Assembly: GCF_006345805.1 (NCBI RefSeq)
Contig: NW_021833426.1
Location: 47,194-111,193, forward strand
Reading direction: 5' to 3'
DNA length: 64,000 nt
Source: Octopus sinensis
Taxonomy: Eukaryota
Shown: positions 13,271 through 27,989 of the stretch, piece after piece
Numbering within the stretch: position 1 is the stretch's first letter
Layout of the letters: every line of letters starts with the position of its first letter
Translations under genes and position numbers: made by a program
The notes under the pieces: generated by a model
What the model saw: only the letters and a program-made list of their open reading frames with translations
Databases searched by the model: none
What the model was told of the DNA's origin: nothing

Positions 13271-13578
13271 TGCTGGGTTTATGTCAAAAATTGAAAGAAT
13301 ATTTAGTACTCCACGATATCAAAACTTTTTGAGGATTATTTGATTTTTCTGTCCTGTTAGTATTCCGAACAATTCGAAACAACTTGGTATCACATTCCCT
13401 TTCAAATTATTCTTATGAGACTAATGAATTAATCTCTGACATTATTCTCAATCGACGGCTCAAGTCTAATCATGTTAATGTTTTCTGTCGCTGGTCTGAA
13501 CCAGTAGAGTTCGATCAAACTTGGTATTCTCCTTGTGTCAGTTTTTTGCTTCATAGTTTTATCTGAAAATATTGGTTA

Positions 13579-13941
13579 TAGGCATAGGAGTGGCTGCGTG
13601 GTAAGTAACTTGCTTACCAACCACATGGTTCCTGGTTCAGTCCCACTGCGTGGTACCTTGGGTAAGTGTCTTCTACTATAGCCTCGGGCTATAGTAGAGT
13701 GGATTTGGCAGACGGAAACTGAAAGAAGCCCGTCGTATATATATATATAGGTAATCCAAACATGAAAACACAAAGAGAAAACAACAACGCGAGGACGTGG
13801 AACAAATATAGTATTATTGGACGCTCAGGAAGGAAGGGATGAAGGAGGGCTTAACGTTTCGAGCGGAGCTCTTCGTCGGGAACATAGGAGAAGGGAAGAC
13901 ACAGGAAAAAAAACATCGCAACGGTACACACGCGGTCACTA

Positions 13942-13990
<49 letters not shown>

Positions 13991-14215
13991 GTTATGTATG
14001 TATGTGTGTGTATATGTTTGTGTGTCTGTGTTCCCCCTCCCGCCCAACATCGCTTGACAACCGACGCTGGTGTGTTTACGTCCCCGTTACCTAGCGGTTC
14101 GGCAAAAGAGACCGATAGAATAAGCACTAAGCTTACAAAGAATAAGTCCTGGTGTCGATTTGCTCGACTAAAAGGCAGTGCTCCAGCATGGCCACAATCA
14201 AATGCCCTGAAACAA
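13579..14215 (+). mobile_element. SINE family A carrying a minus-strand hammerhead element (13750-13940) in its TA tract
   Basis: Head and tail present; insert is the reverse complement of the 3425-3595 family. Confidence 0.85.
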
Positions 14216-15204
14216 AGAGTAAGGAGTAAAGAGAGAGAGAGTTTCAAGGGCAGCAATTTTGTGGGGGATGCTTCAAGTCGTTTACATCGACCCCCAGTGC
14301 ATCCCACCCCCACCCCACAAAGGATGAACGGTAAATTTGACCTCTGTGGAATTTGAACCCGGAACGCAAAAAAAGAAAACCGACGAAATTGCCTCTAAGC
14401 ATTTTGCCTAACGATTCTGCCAGCTCGCCGCCTTTTCATCTTGAAATATTAAATTTATTCTAATAATTGCAAAAATTTCTAAACATCACCGGAATAACCA
14501 ATGTTAACTGTCACGATTTAACTGTCTTGCTAGAAGTGCTCTTATTACTTCCAGACAACTGCTCCTATCCCCTCACTTATTCTCGCCTTCCTGTCGCTAC
14601 CTAATAGGGTTGTTTTTATTATTCTTTCCAATATAGTCTTCTTCACTTATATATTTCCTTGACTTTTCTGTCTGCCGACGAAGCAGCAAAAGATAATTAG
14701 ATATTTACAATTTGACAGAAAATTTAATAAGTCGTGGAAGCTAAGATATTTTGACAGTAAATCTTATTATTTGTGTATTTAATTTAATGAAAACGTACAG
14801 TATTTATTTTAGTTTAAATTATTGAGAAGGGGTTTATTTATAATAAGAGATGTTCAAATGTTTCAAATTGGCTAAAAACCAACATTATTAAATGTGAAAT
14901 GTGTTCTTTTTCAGTATTAGACATACACTTGTTACCTTATTAAAACATACATCCTCAACACACATACACAGTTATCACATAAGAGAGATAGGAATGTGAG
15001 CGACAGATTCATATGTCGAGTCATCCAGTCACATCAAAATTGATAGCCGTCATCCACCACACATTCGCACATCTATGAAATACTTGAAGGTTCACAGATA
15101 ACTTCGATTTTCAAAGCCATTATTTTTTCTAATTCCGCACACGTACAAGCTTTTAGCGGACAGTTGTACTTTTATCAACAAACGACGGAGATCCTGTCAC
15201 TATC

Positions 15205-15815
15205 ACCTCGCCCTCGCCTCTTTCTCTCCCTCGCCTCTCTCTCTCCCCCTCGCCTCTCTCTCTCCCCCTCGCCTCTCTCTCTCCCCCTCGCCTCTCTCTC
15301 CCCCTCGCTTCTCGCTTACCCTCGCCTCTCTCTCCCTCGCCTCTTTCTCTGCCTCGCCTCTTTCTCTCTCTCGCCTCTTTCTCTCCCTCACCTCTCTCTC
15401 TCCCTCACCTCTCTTTCTCGTCTCTCTCTCCCTCGCCTCTCTCTCCCTCGCCTCTCTCTCCCTCGCCTCCCTCTCCATCGCCTCTCTCTCCCTCGCCTCT
15501 CTCTCCCCTCGCCTTTCTCTCCCTCGCCTCTTCTCTCCCTCGTCTCTTTCTCTGCCTCGCCTCTTTCTCTCCCTCACCTCTCTCTCTCCCTCACCTCTCT
15601 TTCTCGCCTCTCTCTCTCCCTCGTCTCTCTCTCCCTCGCCTCTCTCTCTCTCTCTCCCTCGTCTCTCTCTCTCTCCCCTCGCCTTTCTCTCTCCCCCTCG
15701 CCTCTCTCTCTCCCTCGTCTCTCTCTCTCTCCCTCGTCTCTCTCTCTCTCCCTCGTCTCTCTCTCCTCCTCGCCTCTCTCTCGCTTCTCTCTCACCCTCA
15801 CTTCTCTCTCTCTTT
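15205..15815. repeat. CT-rich degenerate repeat (CCCTCGCCTCTCTCT)
   Basis: Visible; source of the Leu/Ser/Pro and Arg/Glu ORFs. Confidence 0.92.
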
Positions 15816-15855
15816 TCTTTATCTCTCTATGTATCTACTTATATGTGTGTGTGTG

Positions 15856-15886
<31 letters not shown>

Positions 15887-16546
15887 TCGTGTGCACGTGG
15901 ATTAGAAAACAGTTCGATTCCTGAGGAGGCAGTTGGTTTGTGTCCTTAAGCAGACCACTTAACCTCAACATCGGGTATCTGCCTTTCTCTTAACGGTTGT
16001 TTATCCTAGATATTCTGCTGGGTTAAGGGTGGCAGACCCAAGAAGGGGTCTTTATCAGCCCGGGACAACACAGGCGCCCAAACTAATTAGCGAAAGCATA
16101 TTTACTACGGTTAATTATTTCCTTTTTGGTTTTGATTTGCGTCTAGCCACCTTAATTATTTCATAATTTTCAGATTACCATTTCGCGGAATGAGCCACCG
16201 AGTCCAATGGTAAATTCTATAAATACTGAAAAGTGAAATTTCAGCTTCACCATCCGCGATGGAGTAAGCATTATTGATGAGCATTAATTTTCATGCGAAA
16301 TTGGCATACCAATCTAATGACCGCGCTTGCGGTGGGGCGGTTGTCCCCCTTGTCAGTTCGTAGAACATGTGCTTATGTGGCTAAATAGTCTTTCATTCTT
16401 ATTTCTATCAACGCTGGTGCTCTCTGCATATTAGCGATGGTGAATTATTTTCTTCTTAGCTTCGAATTGCGTCTAGTAACTTTTGTTATTCACATACCTG
16501 TCTTCGTCTTTTGTTTTTCTATAAATTTCAACATATGTGTGTGTGT

Positions 16547-16583
<37 letters not shown>

Positions 16584-17309
16584 GGTCTGTCTGTCTGTCA
16601 GTCTGTCTGTGTGTTTCCACAAGAACGTTTAAATAAAGAAACTCTTTTCATTGAAAAATACAGAACACGTCTTAATATGCACACATAACCAACTTTTATC
16701 TTTTTACATATTTCAATTCACGATTAGATCACTGGACATATGGAAGCACTCCATCGGTTACAATCGAAACCGCGATCCTACGACCGCAAGTCCGCTGCCC
16801 TAACCACTGGGCCATTGCGCCTCCACCACTGGACATAAATCCCCTCACCAAACAAGTTTAAATCACGGGACATAAATCCCCTCACCAAACAAGTTTTTCG
16901 AAACCATTTTTCTTTTGTCTGCATATATATTCCCCTCCTCTTACCGAAAGCTGAACAGTTATCTCCCTTGCCCACAACAATAACAATAATAACGCTAACC
17001 AATTACCTCCCCTTATTTTTCTACTTGTGCAGTCATTCAATCGTAAATATCACACACAACATGAACAAAATTTCTTAAGAAAATACATATTCAAATAAGT
17101 AAACCATAGTATCATGAATAGCGAAAGCGAAACCGGTCGATATATTAAAAATTATATTAAAACTATGTAAAGTGTGTGTATTTTCCTTTTTTAATGTCTT
17201 ATATATATATATATATATATATATAGGAATTTTGACTGACAACTGATGAAGGGCAGGAGAATTTTATTTCAAATGGAGAGAACCGCTCAGGTCTAATAAT
17301 CTGTTTTTC

Positions 17310-17340
<31 letters not shown>

Positions 17341-17679
17341 GGCGAGGTCATTTACTTATGAATGAAGGAACATCTAAAATAATACTTCCATATAACTAAT
17401 TTTTGTTCTAATTTTGGGTGTCGTAGTAGCAGCAGGTATCGTCATTTCGTTCTTATTGAAGCTTATCAATACAACGCAACCTGGGATCGTGAAACTAGGT
17501 GGCCTATGTTCATTTAAAACATTTAGGAACTATGTACGTGGAATTCCTTATTTTTTCTTTTCAGTGGAGAAAAAGTGTGACGAGATGGAGGCAAGGCAAC
17601 GAAGACCTCGACCAGTCAATCGGATGCTGTTACACATCCTGGTCACAGTGCGCTTTGCTGTCTTTCAATGTCATACATA

Positions 17680-17910
17680 TTTCTTTATTACCCACAAGGG
17701 GCTAAACATAGAGGGGACAAACAAGGACAGGCATAGGTATTAAGTCGATTACATCGGCCCCAGTGCGGAACTGGTACTTAATTTATCGACCCCGAAAGGA
17801 TGAAAGGCAAAGTCGACCTCGGCGGAATTTGAACTCAGAACGTAACGACAGACGAAATACCGCTTAGCATTTCACCCGGCATGCTAGCATTTCTGCCAGC
17901 TCGCCGCCTT
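17680..17910 (-). mobile_element. SINE family C
   Basis: Near-identical to 2085-2318 and 20733-20962. Confidence 0.88.
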
Positions 17911-18285
17911 TGAATGTCATACAATTGGCAAAGCGATCAAAGGTGGGGGGGGGGGGCTGCAGCAACGTGAAGTGAATTTTTTTTTTTACTCAAGATCACA
18001 ACGCATCGCCCGGTCCGGTCTGGGTATTGAAGCCACGATCTAGCGATCGTGAGTGCAACAGCCTAACCACCAGGTCACGCACATTCGCGTGTACTCATGT
18101 GCACTCGCACGCGCGCGCACACGCGTACACACGCACTGATATGTACGTGTATGTATGTGTAATTTTTTTTTTTTTCGTTATTATCGACAGAAGTAACATT
18201 GATTCAGAATAGCATTCTGTATATCTTAATGTGGATGTACTGCAGAAGGCCACAACACTGCAGTAGACGTCTTTAGAAAGCATCT

Positions 18286-18682
18286 CTTTTACTTGTTTCA
18301 GTCATTTGATTGTGGCCATGCTGGAGCACCGCCTTTAGTCGAGTAAAATCGACCCAGGACTTATTCTTTGTAAGCCTAGTACTTATTCTATCTTTTGTCT
18401 CTTTTGCCGAACCGCTAAGTAACGGGGGCGTAAACACGCCAGCATCGGTTGTCAAGTGATGTTGGGGGCACAACACAGACACACAAACATACACACACAC
18501 ATATGTATGTATATGCATATATACGACGGGCTTCTTTCAGTTTCCGTCTACCAAATCCACTCACAAGGCTTTGGTCGGCCCGAGGCTATAGTAGAAGACA
18601 TTTGTCCAAGGCGCCACGTAGAGGGACTGGACCCAGAACCATGTGGTTCGGTAAGCAAGCTACTTACCACACAGCCACTCCT
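18286..18682 (-). mobile_element. SINE family A
   Basis: Full-length family match. Confidence 0.88.
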
Positions 18683-19545
18683 ACGCGTATAGCGCTAAAA
18701 AGTGAAGAAGCATAACAGTAGCAAGCGAAAAGTGTTCAGCAACGACAGTGGAATTGCTAAATCCGCATTTCTGCGTCCTTGCGCATCGTCAGTAGCAAGT
18801 ACCCACCATCAACTGCATGTTTAGACAAATTTCATTTCTACTGAAAAGCATTGATTATCAAATCACTGGTGTCGCAAACAGTTCTTTCTTTCTCATCTCT
18901 CATTCTCTCACACTTTCTTACTGACACCACACACATATGTGTTTGTATGTATCTATGTGTGTGCGCGTATGTATGTATATTTATATGTATATGAAAGAGA
19001 GAGAGAGAGGGGGCGATATACTGAAGTTTTCTAGAAAGGGAAGAGTAACAGGCCTGACTCAGACAATCGATGATAATATAGGCTTATGTGTTAATTGATA
19101 CGATGACCTATAGAGGTGTTACACTTCTTTCGAGGTCAACAACTATCAGGTGACCAGGCGTCAGCCGATAAATACTTTCTCTAGTAACAGAATAAAATTA
19201 TGGGGGGGGGAAGGAACGAGACAACAACATGAATCTTCTTTGCGTCGGTTGAACTCTGCTAAGTACCAGAAAGCGAGGGGAGTTAGGCAAATTCAGACTT
19301 AACGGATAACAGTTAGTGCGCATCACATTCTAGAAGAGGCAGTCAATTAAATAGAAGTTAATTGGATAGACATTATGTACAGTTATAAAAATGTATCACG
19401 TGGCCATCTCGATAGATGAAAGAATCAATGTAACAGCTAATTTAGTTGAAACACCCAAGCACACGACGATTGTTACCAGCGATATGTTTGTGTATATACT
19501 AAATGTGTATATATATATATTTTAATGTATGCATGTATGTATGTA

Positions 19546-19549
<4 letters not shown>

Positions 19550-19586
<37 letters not shown>

Positions 19587-20031
19587 CAAACAATGATATA
19601 TATATATATATATATATACAAACAATGATATATAATATATATATATATATACAAACAATGAATATATATATATATATATACAAACAATGATATATATATA
19701 TATATATATACAAACAATGATATAATATATATATATATACAAACAATGATATATATATATACACATACAATGATATATATATATATATACACCCATACAA
19801 TGATATATATATATTATATATATACACAACATACAATGATATATATATATATATACACACATACAATGATATATATATATATATATACCACATACAATGA
19901 TATATTATATATATACACACATACAATGATATATATATATATATATACACACATACAATGATATATATATATACACACACATACATGATATATATATATA
20001 TATATATATACACGCACGCACACACACACAA

Positions 20032-20080
<49 letters not shown>
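19550..20080. repeat. (TA)n array punctuated by ACAATG units
   Basis: Repeated tatacaaacaatgata units. Confidence 0.9.
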
Positions 20081-20081
<1 letters not shown>

Positions 20082-20732
20082 CACATATGCAAAATGTATT
20101 TTTTAATGTGTAACTACACACACATAAATATAAAAAAACACAATGCGCGCGCGCGTGTGTGTGTGGAGAAGGGGAGAGAGAGACTGAAGACAGAAAAAGA
20201 CACATATATGCGTTGGAATGAAAGTTCACTCCTACATTGTGTAGCATTTGTATTTGCAGATGATGAATTGGAAATTCAAGCGTATATAACTTGGAGTTTT
20301 ATAGGCGCCAAAACACGTGTCCAATTTATCGAACGTATGTCATGGATGAAGCGCTAGCAGCTTGCGGTTTAATAGTCTGTTCGTTATTGGCCATTAGTAT
20401 GCTTGGTTGTCTGTTGGTCGAGACGTGTCACATGGTAGGAATTGTTGTTGCAAGTTGCTGGTGTAAGAAGATATTATGGGGCGCTATTAGATACCAAAGG
20501 CACCGGTAAAACATAAGGGAAGAAACCCGATGAAGGTTAACTTTTGTTATCAAGGGAGTCTACATTCTGTTCCCGGTCAGTCTATTGAAATTGACCTTAA
20601 AGATACTCGCCTGTGCCAGTAATTGAAAAAACCACCACAGATTTTTTGTTGAGGAATATTACAGGCTATTTCATGATATTCAATTTTTCTGACAGACATA
20701 GCATACAATTACGTTATTCACTACATTATACA

Positions 20733-20962
20733 TTTCTTTACTACCCACATGGGGCTAAACATAGAAGGGACAAACAAGGACAGACAAACGGATCAAGTCG
20801 ATTACATCGACCCCAGTGCGTAACTGGTACTTAATTTATCGACCCCCGAAAGGATGAAAGGCAAAGTCGACCTCGGCGGAATTTGAACTCAGAACGCAGC
20901 GGTGGACGAAATACCACAAAGCATTTCGCCCAGCGCGCTAACGTTTCTGCCAGCTCGCCGCC
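20733..20962 (-). mobile_element. SINE family C
   Basis: Family match. Confidence 0.88.
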
Positions 20963-21184
20963 TCTCTATTCACTACATTATAGGTGAGCGCTGTTGACAA
21001 TGGAATGGCCATATTTTTTTTTTCAAGTTTTCAGATAAAACGGGGCAGTAAAGTGGAGTTTAACCTGTTCCTAGCCCAGTAGTAAACTCCATATAGTTTG
21101 CTCTACGGTTGTGGGAAGAAAGATGATTTTGCACAGTGGGTAAGTTATCTTGATTTAAGGAGTGTTTGCTGGGTTTGTACGTGG

Positions 21185-21570
21185 TGGAAGCACTCCGTCG
21201 GTTACGACGATGAGGGCTCCGGTTGATCCCATCAACGGAACAGCCTGCTCGTGAAATTAACGTGTAAGTGGCTGAGCACTCCACAGATACGTGTACCCTT
21301 AATGTAGTTCTCGGGGATATTCAGCGTGACACAGAGAGTGACAAGGCTGACCCTTTGAAATACAGGTACAACAGAAACAGAAAGTAAGAGTGAGAGAAAG
21401 TTGTGGTGAAAGAGTACAGCAGGGATCACCACCATCCCCTGCCGGAGCCTCATGGAGCTTTTAGGTGTTTTCGCTCAATAAACACTCACAACGCCCGGTC
21501 TGGGAATCGAAACTGCGATCCTATGACTGCGAGTCCGCTACCCTAACCACTGGGCCATTGCGCCTCCACT
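21185..21570 (-). mobile_element. SINE family B, long form, with probable target-site duplication
   Basis: ctgggtttgtacgt occurs on both sides (~21169-21182 and ~21569-21582). Confidence 0.88.
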
Positions 21571-21599
21571 GGGTTTGTACGTAGAGCCTGCGTAAATAA

Positions 21600-22380
21600 A
21601 TGCTTCCGGTTGTAGCCTGTGATGCTAGAAGCAGAATTGTTTACACGGCAATTATTAACTTTGTTGCTGGAGAGTTTAGGATATCTGTGTTTACCTGGAA
21701 AGGGGTGCCTTCATAGAAACAGGTAATCTCTGGTAACATTTGCTGTGTCATCTAAATTAAGGATGAAAGATGAACTAGATTATTTTCTTCTTCCCGTACA
21801 ATGGCTAATGGATTTTCTTTTTCATATCAACTAAATTATTATTAAGAGACTTGGAAATTCTTTTGCTTATACCTGTTACCTGGTTCTTAATTGTAGCTGG
21901 GGGAATTATTATGGGCATACATACAGTTTCCTCGTCTAGTTTCTTTAAGAGTTGTGCTTAACTATCTTTGCGTCTAACCTCATATTTAGGAAATTAATCA
22001 TCGTTTAGTTGATAGTATTGAATATAATAAAGCCTACTACATCCTATTATATCAAGAAGAAACCTTGTTTCTCTCAGAAAGAAATCTATGAGGGTCAGTT
22101 TCAACAGATTGACTGTGAAAAAACTGCCAGAGAAAATTGCTCAATAAATCCATTTACATCATTTAGTTGATAGTATTGAATATAATAAAGCCTACTACAT
22201 CCTATTATATCAAGAAGAAACCTTGTTTCTCTCAGCAAGAAATCTATGAGGGTCAGTTTCAACAGATTGACTGTGAAAAAACTGCTAGAGAAAATTGCTC
22301 AATAAATTCATTTACTAACCAATGTTAATCTGGGCTGATTTGCTTCCCTTACATTCTCTGAGCACTCTGGTGTTACATCA
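21600..22380 (-). pseudogene. Possible highly decayed Penelope-like RT/thumb fragment
   Basis: Minus-strand translation PPATIKNQVTGISKRISK resembles HPPNIIESLVK..SLRISK of the intact element; many stops. Confidence 0.35.
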
Positions 22381-24232
22381 GCAGCTTGCAATAATTTCCA
22401 CGATGTAACCCGTTTCGATCGATGAGGAATCCATGCGAACGATCTGCCTTTCAAGTTGCATGCGGCTAAAACTTCCCCCATGGCGTACATCTGATTCGTT
22501 AAAACAAGTCAGGCGCCAATGAAACTTCATGAACCGGTCATCAACCGTTCCTTTACATATGTTTAGTATGATTGTGCTTGGCTCCATACCCATGCACATA
22601 TAAATACATGGACACAAATCTTTATGCGCGTACACATATGCACAAACAGGTGTGTACATGCATATACACATACAAATGCATAACATATACAGCGTATATA
22701 AAATAGTTAAATAACTGAGTGTATGCTTAGGTATGTATAAAAAGTAATGAATTTCTTTTCCCCTCGTGTGCTTATGTCTATATATATACATTAAATATGA
22801 TGTAAAAAGAATGAATGGAATATGAAGTGCATTAGCATAGCATGTTTAAGAAAAACATGTTTCTTTATGTTATTTTCTCACATCTCCTATCTATATTTAA
22901 TGTATATATATATATATATATATAATATATATATATATAATATATATAATATTATATATATATACATAGCAATACACCTATTTAACTATCTAAATATCCG
23001 TCTGTTCCTATGTCTCTTCCCTCTCTCCTCAATCTTTCTCTCTTACCTCCCCTCTCTCCTCTCTCTCCTTGTGTGTGTACGTATATATCTAGAGATACAC
23101 ATACATGTGTGTGTGTATATATACATAAATACATACATATACACATACACACTCACACATACACACTCACACATACATGTGTGTGTGTGGCGCACACGCA
23201 CACAGACACTAATGCAGAGTTTGAAGCTGGCTAAAAGCTTGCTATAAATCACATTTGTTCATTGAAATGAATACGAAATAGCTCAGTTATTGCATTACGC
23301 AGACAGTTTATAATGTTGTCTATAAAATGTTTGTATTTTTCAACAAATTTTCAAGGGAAAAACTTGAGTTGATAATTGTAAATTTATTGTTCGGTGCGGC
23401 TGCCGACAGAAGACACCAGAAAACATCCGGCTGCAATAGCGGTCCTTTTATAGGATTAGGGCATAAAATGGCTGCTCTTGTAACTTGGTGTCGTCTGCTG
23501 TTGTCGTCTGGTTGTCTGCTGTCAGCTGTAAATTTATGTTTCCTCTACTTGTTCATCCAATTTTCTTGGAATAGCAGTCTATACTTCGTTTTCTTAGAAT
23601 AGAGTACTTCGAATAACATAGTTCTGGGCTCCCTGTACATAGGGAAAATATAGAATACTTTATCGTACAGGCCTACTCGATCAGAGCCGATAGGAGGTAA
23701 ACAACAACAGCAACCGGCCATTATATTGTAGATAACTAAATAAATTATTCCACTGGCTAAACTGTTAAAAAATCTGTCAGAGACGTGACTGATCGATTTA
23801 TTCGACACCAGTATATGACAGATATTTTTGTTTTACTTCGTAATAAATTAAAAAATGCAAATTATTTAGTCCGGTAATTTAGTAATATTATAGTGTGCAT
23901 CGCTGTTCAAGCGGTTCTCCATCTCTTTGTTGGTGACAGTAGGTTAAAATGAACATTTATAAAATAAAAAAAAAACGTCTCTTGCGTATGCAGAAATAAC
24001 ATTTGACTTTATTTTTGAAATTCAGTACATATCTTCTATGCAGCTCAGTTTCATCACCCTCCATTTATATATGTGCGCGTGCGGTCGTGTGTGTATGTGT
24101 GTGCACGCATCTATGTATGTATGTATGTATATACGTATGTATATATGTAAGCAACTTATAAATAAGGGCAAAAGAAAAAATTTCTATGCCAAACATGTCG
24201 GAAAATTTTATCCTATATTAGATATATATGTA

Positions 24233-24264
<32 letters not shown>

Positions 24265-24684
24265 GGTATATATAGATATATATATTTATAGAAGTAAAAG
24301 GGATTTTAAATATTCATGCAGATATCAATAAATCATTCACTTTTAAACGGACTTTGTTAAATATAGCCAACAATCAGATACCAATAAATGCAAGTAAAAT
24401 AAACATCCAAACAATGTAATTCATCATGTATGATAGGTTAATCCAAATATTGTTTAGAAGAATTTCAAGAAATTCGGCGTAAAAGACAACAAAAATAAGA
24501 ATGGACAAAAGCACGTATTTAATTGGTGATTAAACCAAACAATACCAAGGATCGTTTCTGTTTTGTGAACATATTTAGATACTAAAAATATCAGTCAAAT
24601 TGATATATCTGTGTATATATGCTTAGACAACATTATCAGAGCATATCCAAAATTGGTTAAGTTCAAAGTGAACTAAGAACTAGT

Positions 24685-25143
24685 CTGTTGTCTGCCTGTC
24701 TATCTGCTTGTCTATCTGCCTGTCTATCTGCCTGTCTATCTGCTTGTCTATCTGCATGTCTATCTGCATGTCTATCTGCCTGTCTATCTGCCTGCCTGTC
24801 TGTCTGCCAGTCTGTCTGCCTGTCTATCTGCTTGTCTATCTGCTTGTCTATCTGCTTGTCTATCTGCTTGTCTATCTGCTTGTCTATCTGCTTGTCTATC
24901 TGCTTGTCTATCTGCTTGTCTATCTGCCTGCCAGTCTGCCTGCCAGTCTGTCTGCCAGTCTGTCTGCCTGTCTATCTACCTGTCTATCTGCCTGTCTGTC
25001 TGCCTGTCTGTCTGCCTGTCTGTCTGCCTGTCTGTCTGCCTGTCTGTTTGCCTGTCTGCCTGTATGTCTGCTTGTCTGTCTGCCTGTCTGTCTGCCTATC
25101 TATCTACCTATCTATCTACCTATCTATCTACCTATCTATCTGC
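24685..25143. repeat. (CTAT/CTGT/CTGC)n tetranucleotide-derived array
   Basis: Visible. Confidence 0.93.
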
Positions 25144-25454
25144 CTAGAAATTTGTAAAGAAAACGCGAAACCGGTTATTTCTCCAAAAACAATGTCACTA
25201 TGGACAATATTTTATATTTTCCTAACATGACGATTTTAATATATTTTTAACCATATATGTAGTTTTTAATTCTATTTTGTTATATATATATATATATATA
25301 TATGATATTAATGGAAAAGGAAAGTAGAGCCAAGGAAGGACGAGCATTTCAGGTCATTTAGAATACTTAATTAAAGGTGAATGGAAAAGTAAAAGTAACT
25401 CATTTCTTACAGCTGTTTCTGGGATATCCCAGATGATGGGATAACATCTCCGAA

Positions 25455-26255
25455 TATTTCGCCACTTTCCGGCAATCTCCGGTGATTTCGGCGATTTCCG
25501 ATAATTTCCTGCAATTTTCGGCAATTCCTGTCGATTTCGGCAAGTTCCGGCAATTTTCGCCGATTTCGGGATTTCGGCGATTTCGGCAAGTTCCGGCAAT
25601 TTTCGCCGATTTTGTGAATTTCCGGCAATTTTCGGCAACTTCGGCGATTTTCGGCAATTTCCGGCAATCTCCGAAGATTTCGGCGCATTCCGGCAATTTC
25701 CGGATATTTCGGAAATTTCCGGTTATCTCCGGCGATTTCAGAATTTCCGGTGATTTCCAGTAATTTCGGCAATTTCCGGCGATTTCAGCAATTTCCGGCA
25801 GTTTCCTGTGTTTTCTGGTAGTTTCTGGCGGTGTCGGCGATTTCCGGTATTTTCCGTGCTGTCTCCGGCAATTTCCGGTAATCTCGGGCTGTTTCCGGCA
25901 ATCTCTAACTGGCTCTGGCAATCTCCGGCTATTTCCGGCAATCTCGGGCTGTCTCCGGCAATCTTGGTCTATTTCCGGCAATCAAGCGCTGTCTCCGGCA
26001 ATTTCGGTCTGTCTCCGGCAATCTCGGTCTGTCTCCGGCAATCTCGGTCTGTCTCCGGCAATCTCGGTCTGTCTCCGGCAATCTGGGGCTATTTCCGGCA
26101 ATCTGGGGCTATTTCCGGCAATCTCGGGCTGTCTCCGGCAATCTCGAGCTGTCTCCGGCAATCTCGAGCTGTCTCCGGCAATCTCGAGCAGTCTCCGGCA
26201 ATCTCGAGCTGTCTCCGGCAATCTCGGGCTGTCTCCGGCAATCTCCGTCTATCTC
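25455..26255. repeat. CpG-rich satellite (9-10 bp TTTCCGGCAA units, then 20-bp TCTCCGGCAATCTCGGGCTG units)
   Basis: Visible; same family at 48030-49995. Confidence 0.92.
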
Positions 26256-27286
26256 CGTTGTTCTTCCATTTTCTTTTTTGTATATATATATATATTTAAG
26301 GAACAATATATATTTTTTTGAGCTACTATACACACATATATTTATGATATATATATATGCATTATAGTCAGTGGACTCCGGCCATATTGGATCACCAGCC
26401 TGAAGGATTTAGTTGAACAAATTATTTTAAAATCTGGAACTTATTGTATCGTGTTCTATCGAACCACTAAGTTATGACGACCTAAAGAATTCAACGGCAG
26501 TTGTCAATCGGTAGTCGGGACAAACAACAACGCACATATTTTTACGTACACACACACATATACTTATATATGACAGGCTTCTTTCAGCTTTCGCCTACCA
26601 AATCTACTCACAAGACTTTGGTCTGCCCGAGGATATAGAAGGCGTCTATCCAGGTGTCACGCAGCGGGACAGAACAAAAGACCAACGTGGTTATAATTTA
26701 AACGAGAATGAGCAACAGGAAATATCTAGGCAGCCAATGGCGTCGTGTATTTGAACAACAGAGAGATAAAGGTGTATGAAATACTATACAGCATAAACCC
26801 TTGATTTATTGAAAATATTTCCGCTTCCAGATATTGTAAAAGAATCGCATGAAAGCGATCGGGACCAACTCCAAATGAGAAGGGGAAAATAATCAGAAGA
26901 GTTAAGGATTTACCGAAACTAACTTGCCATTTAGGGAGAGACAAGGACGACTATAGGCATGTTTCTACATCAGTGGGCGTCATCAGTACAACAGCTTTCC
27001 TATCTCGTCTCTAACACACGCTAGACACTTAGATACAGAAAGACTGACACACACAGAGACAGATAAGTAGATATATGGATAATTATAAGCACGGAATAGT
27101 TCGTCAGACATGGAAGTATCAGTTAAAATTCATTAATTAGATCTAGTAACCCGGAAAATATATACGCGTCTCGTATTTACAAATCTCAAAATGGATTTCA
27201 AGTACGTTTGTTTTACGGCCAGCTGATCAACTTTGAATATCAACCTTATTCACATGACTGAGTAACTATATAATCATATGACCGTG

Positions 27287-27353
<67 letters not shown>

Positions 27354-27989
27354 CATATATATATGTATACATGCATATATTTATATATTATTTATATATA
27401 TATATATATAATATACATACATAATATGTGTGTATATATATCTTTTTCTTGTTTCATCAGACTGCGGCCATACTGGGGCACCGCCTTGAAGAATTGTTAG
27501 TCGAATGATTCGACTCGCACCTTGCGCAAGTGTCTTCTATTTAAGCCTCGGAGCGACCAAAGCCTTGTGAGTGGATTTAATAGCGGAAACTGAAAGAAGC
27601 CCTCGTACTTATTCTATCAGTGCCTGGTACTTATTCTATCGGTTTCTTTTAGTCGAACCGTTAGGTGACAGGGGACGTAGACAAACCAACATCGGTTGTC
27701 AAGCGTTAGTGGTGGGCAACACGAGCAGAACCCCCCCCACACACACACACATACATGTATATGTATGTATATAATGTGGTGCTCGAACATGACCTCAGAT
27801 TCTGGCTGAAACTCGTGAAAGGAAAATAAAAGAAAATACGACGGGTTTCATTCAGTTTCCGTCAACCAAATCCAGCCATAAGGCTTTGGTCAGCCCGGGG
27901 CTATACTGGAAGGCACTTGCCCCAGATGCCGAAACCATGTGGTTGGGAAGCAAACTTTGAGCCACACAGCTACGCATGCGCTTATATAT

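Noticed and set aside
25354-26333. PEIAG-repeat protein ORFs (also 47994-50081)
   Set aside because: Stop-poor satellite open in several frames on both strands
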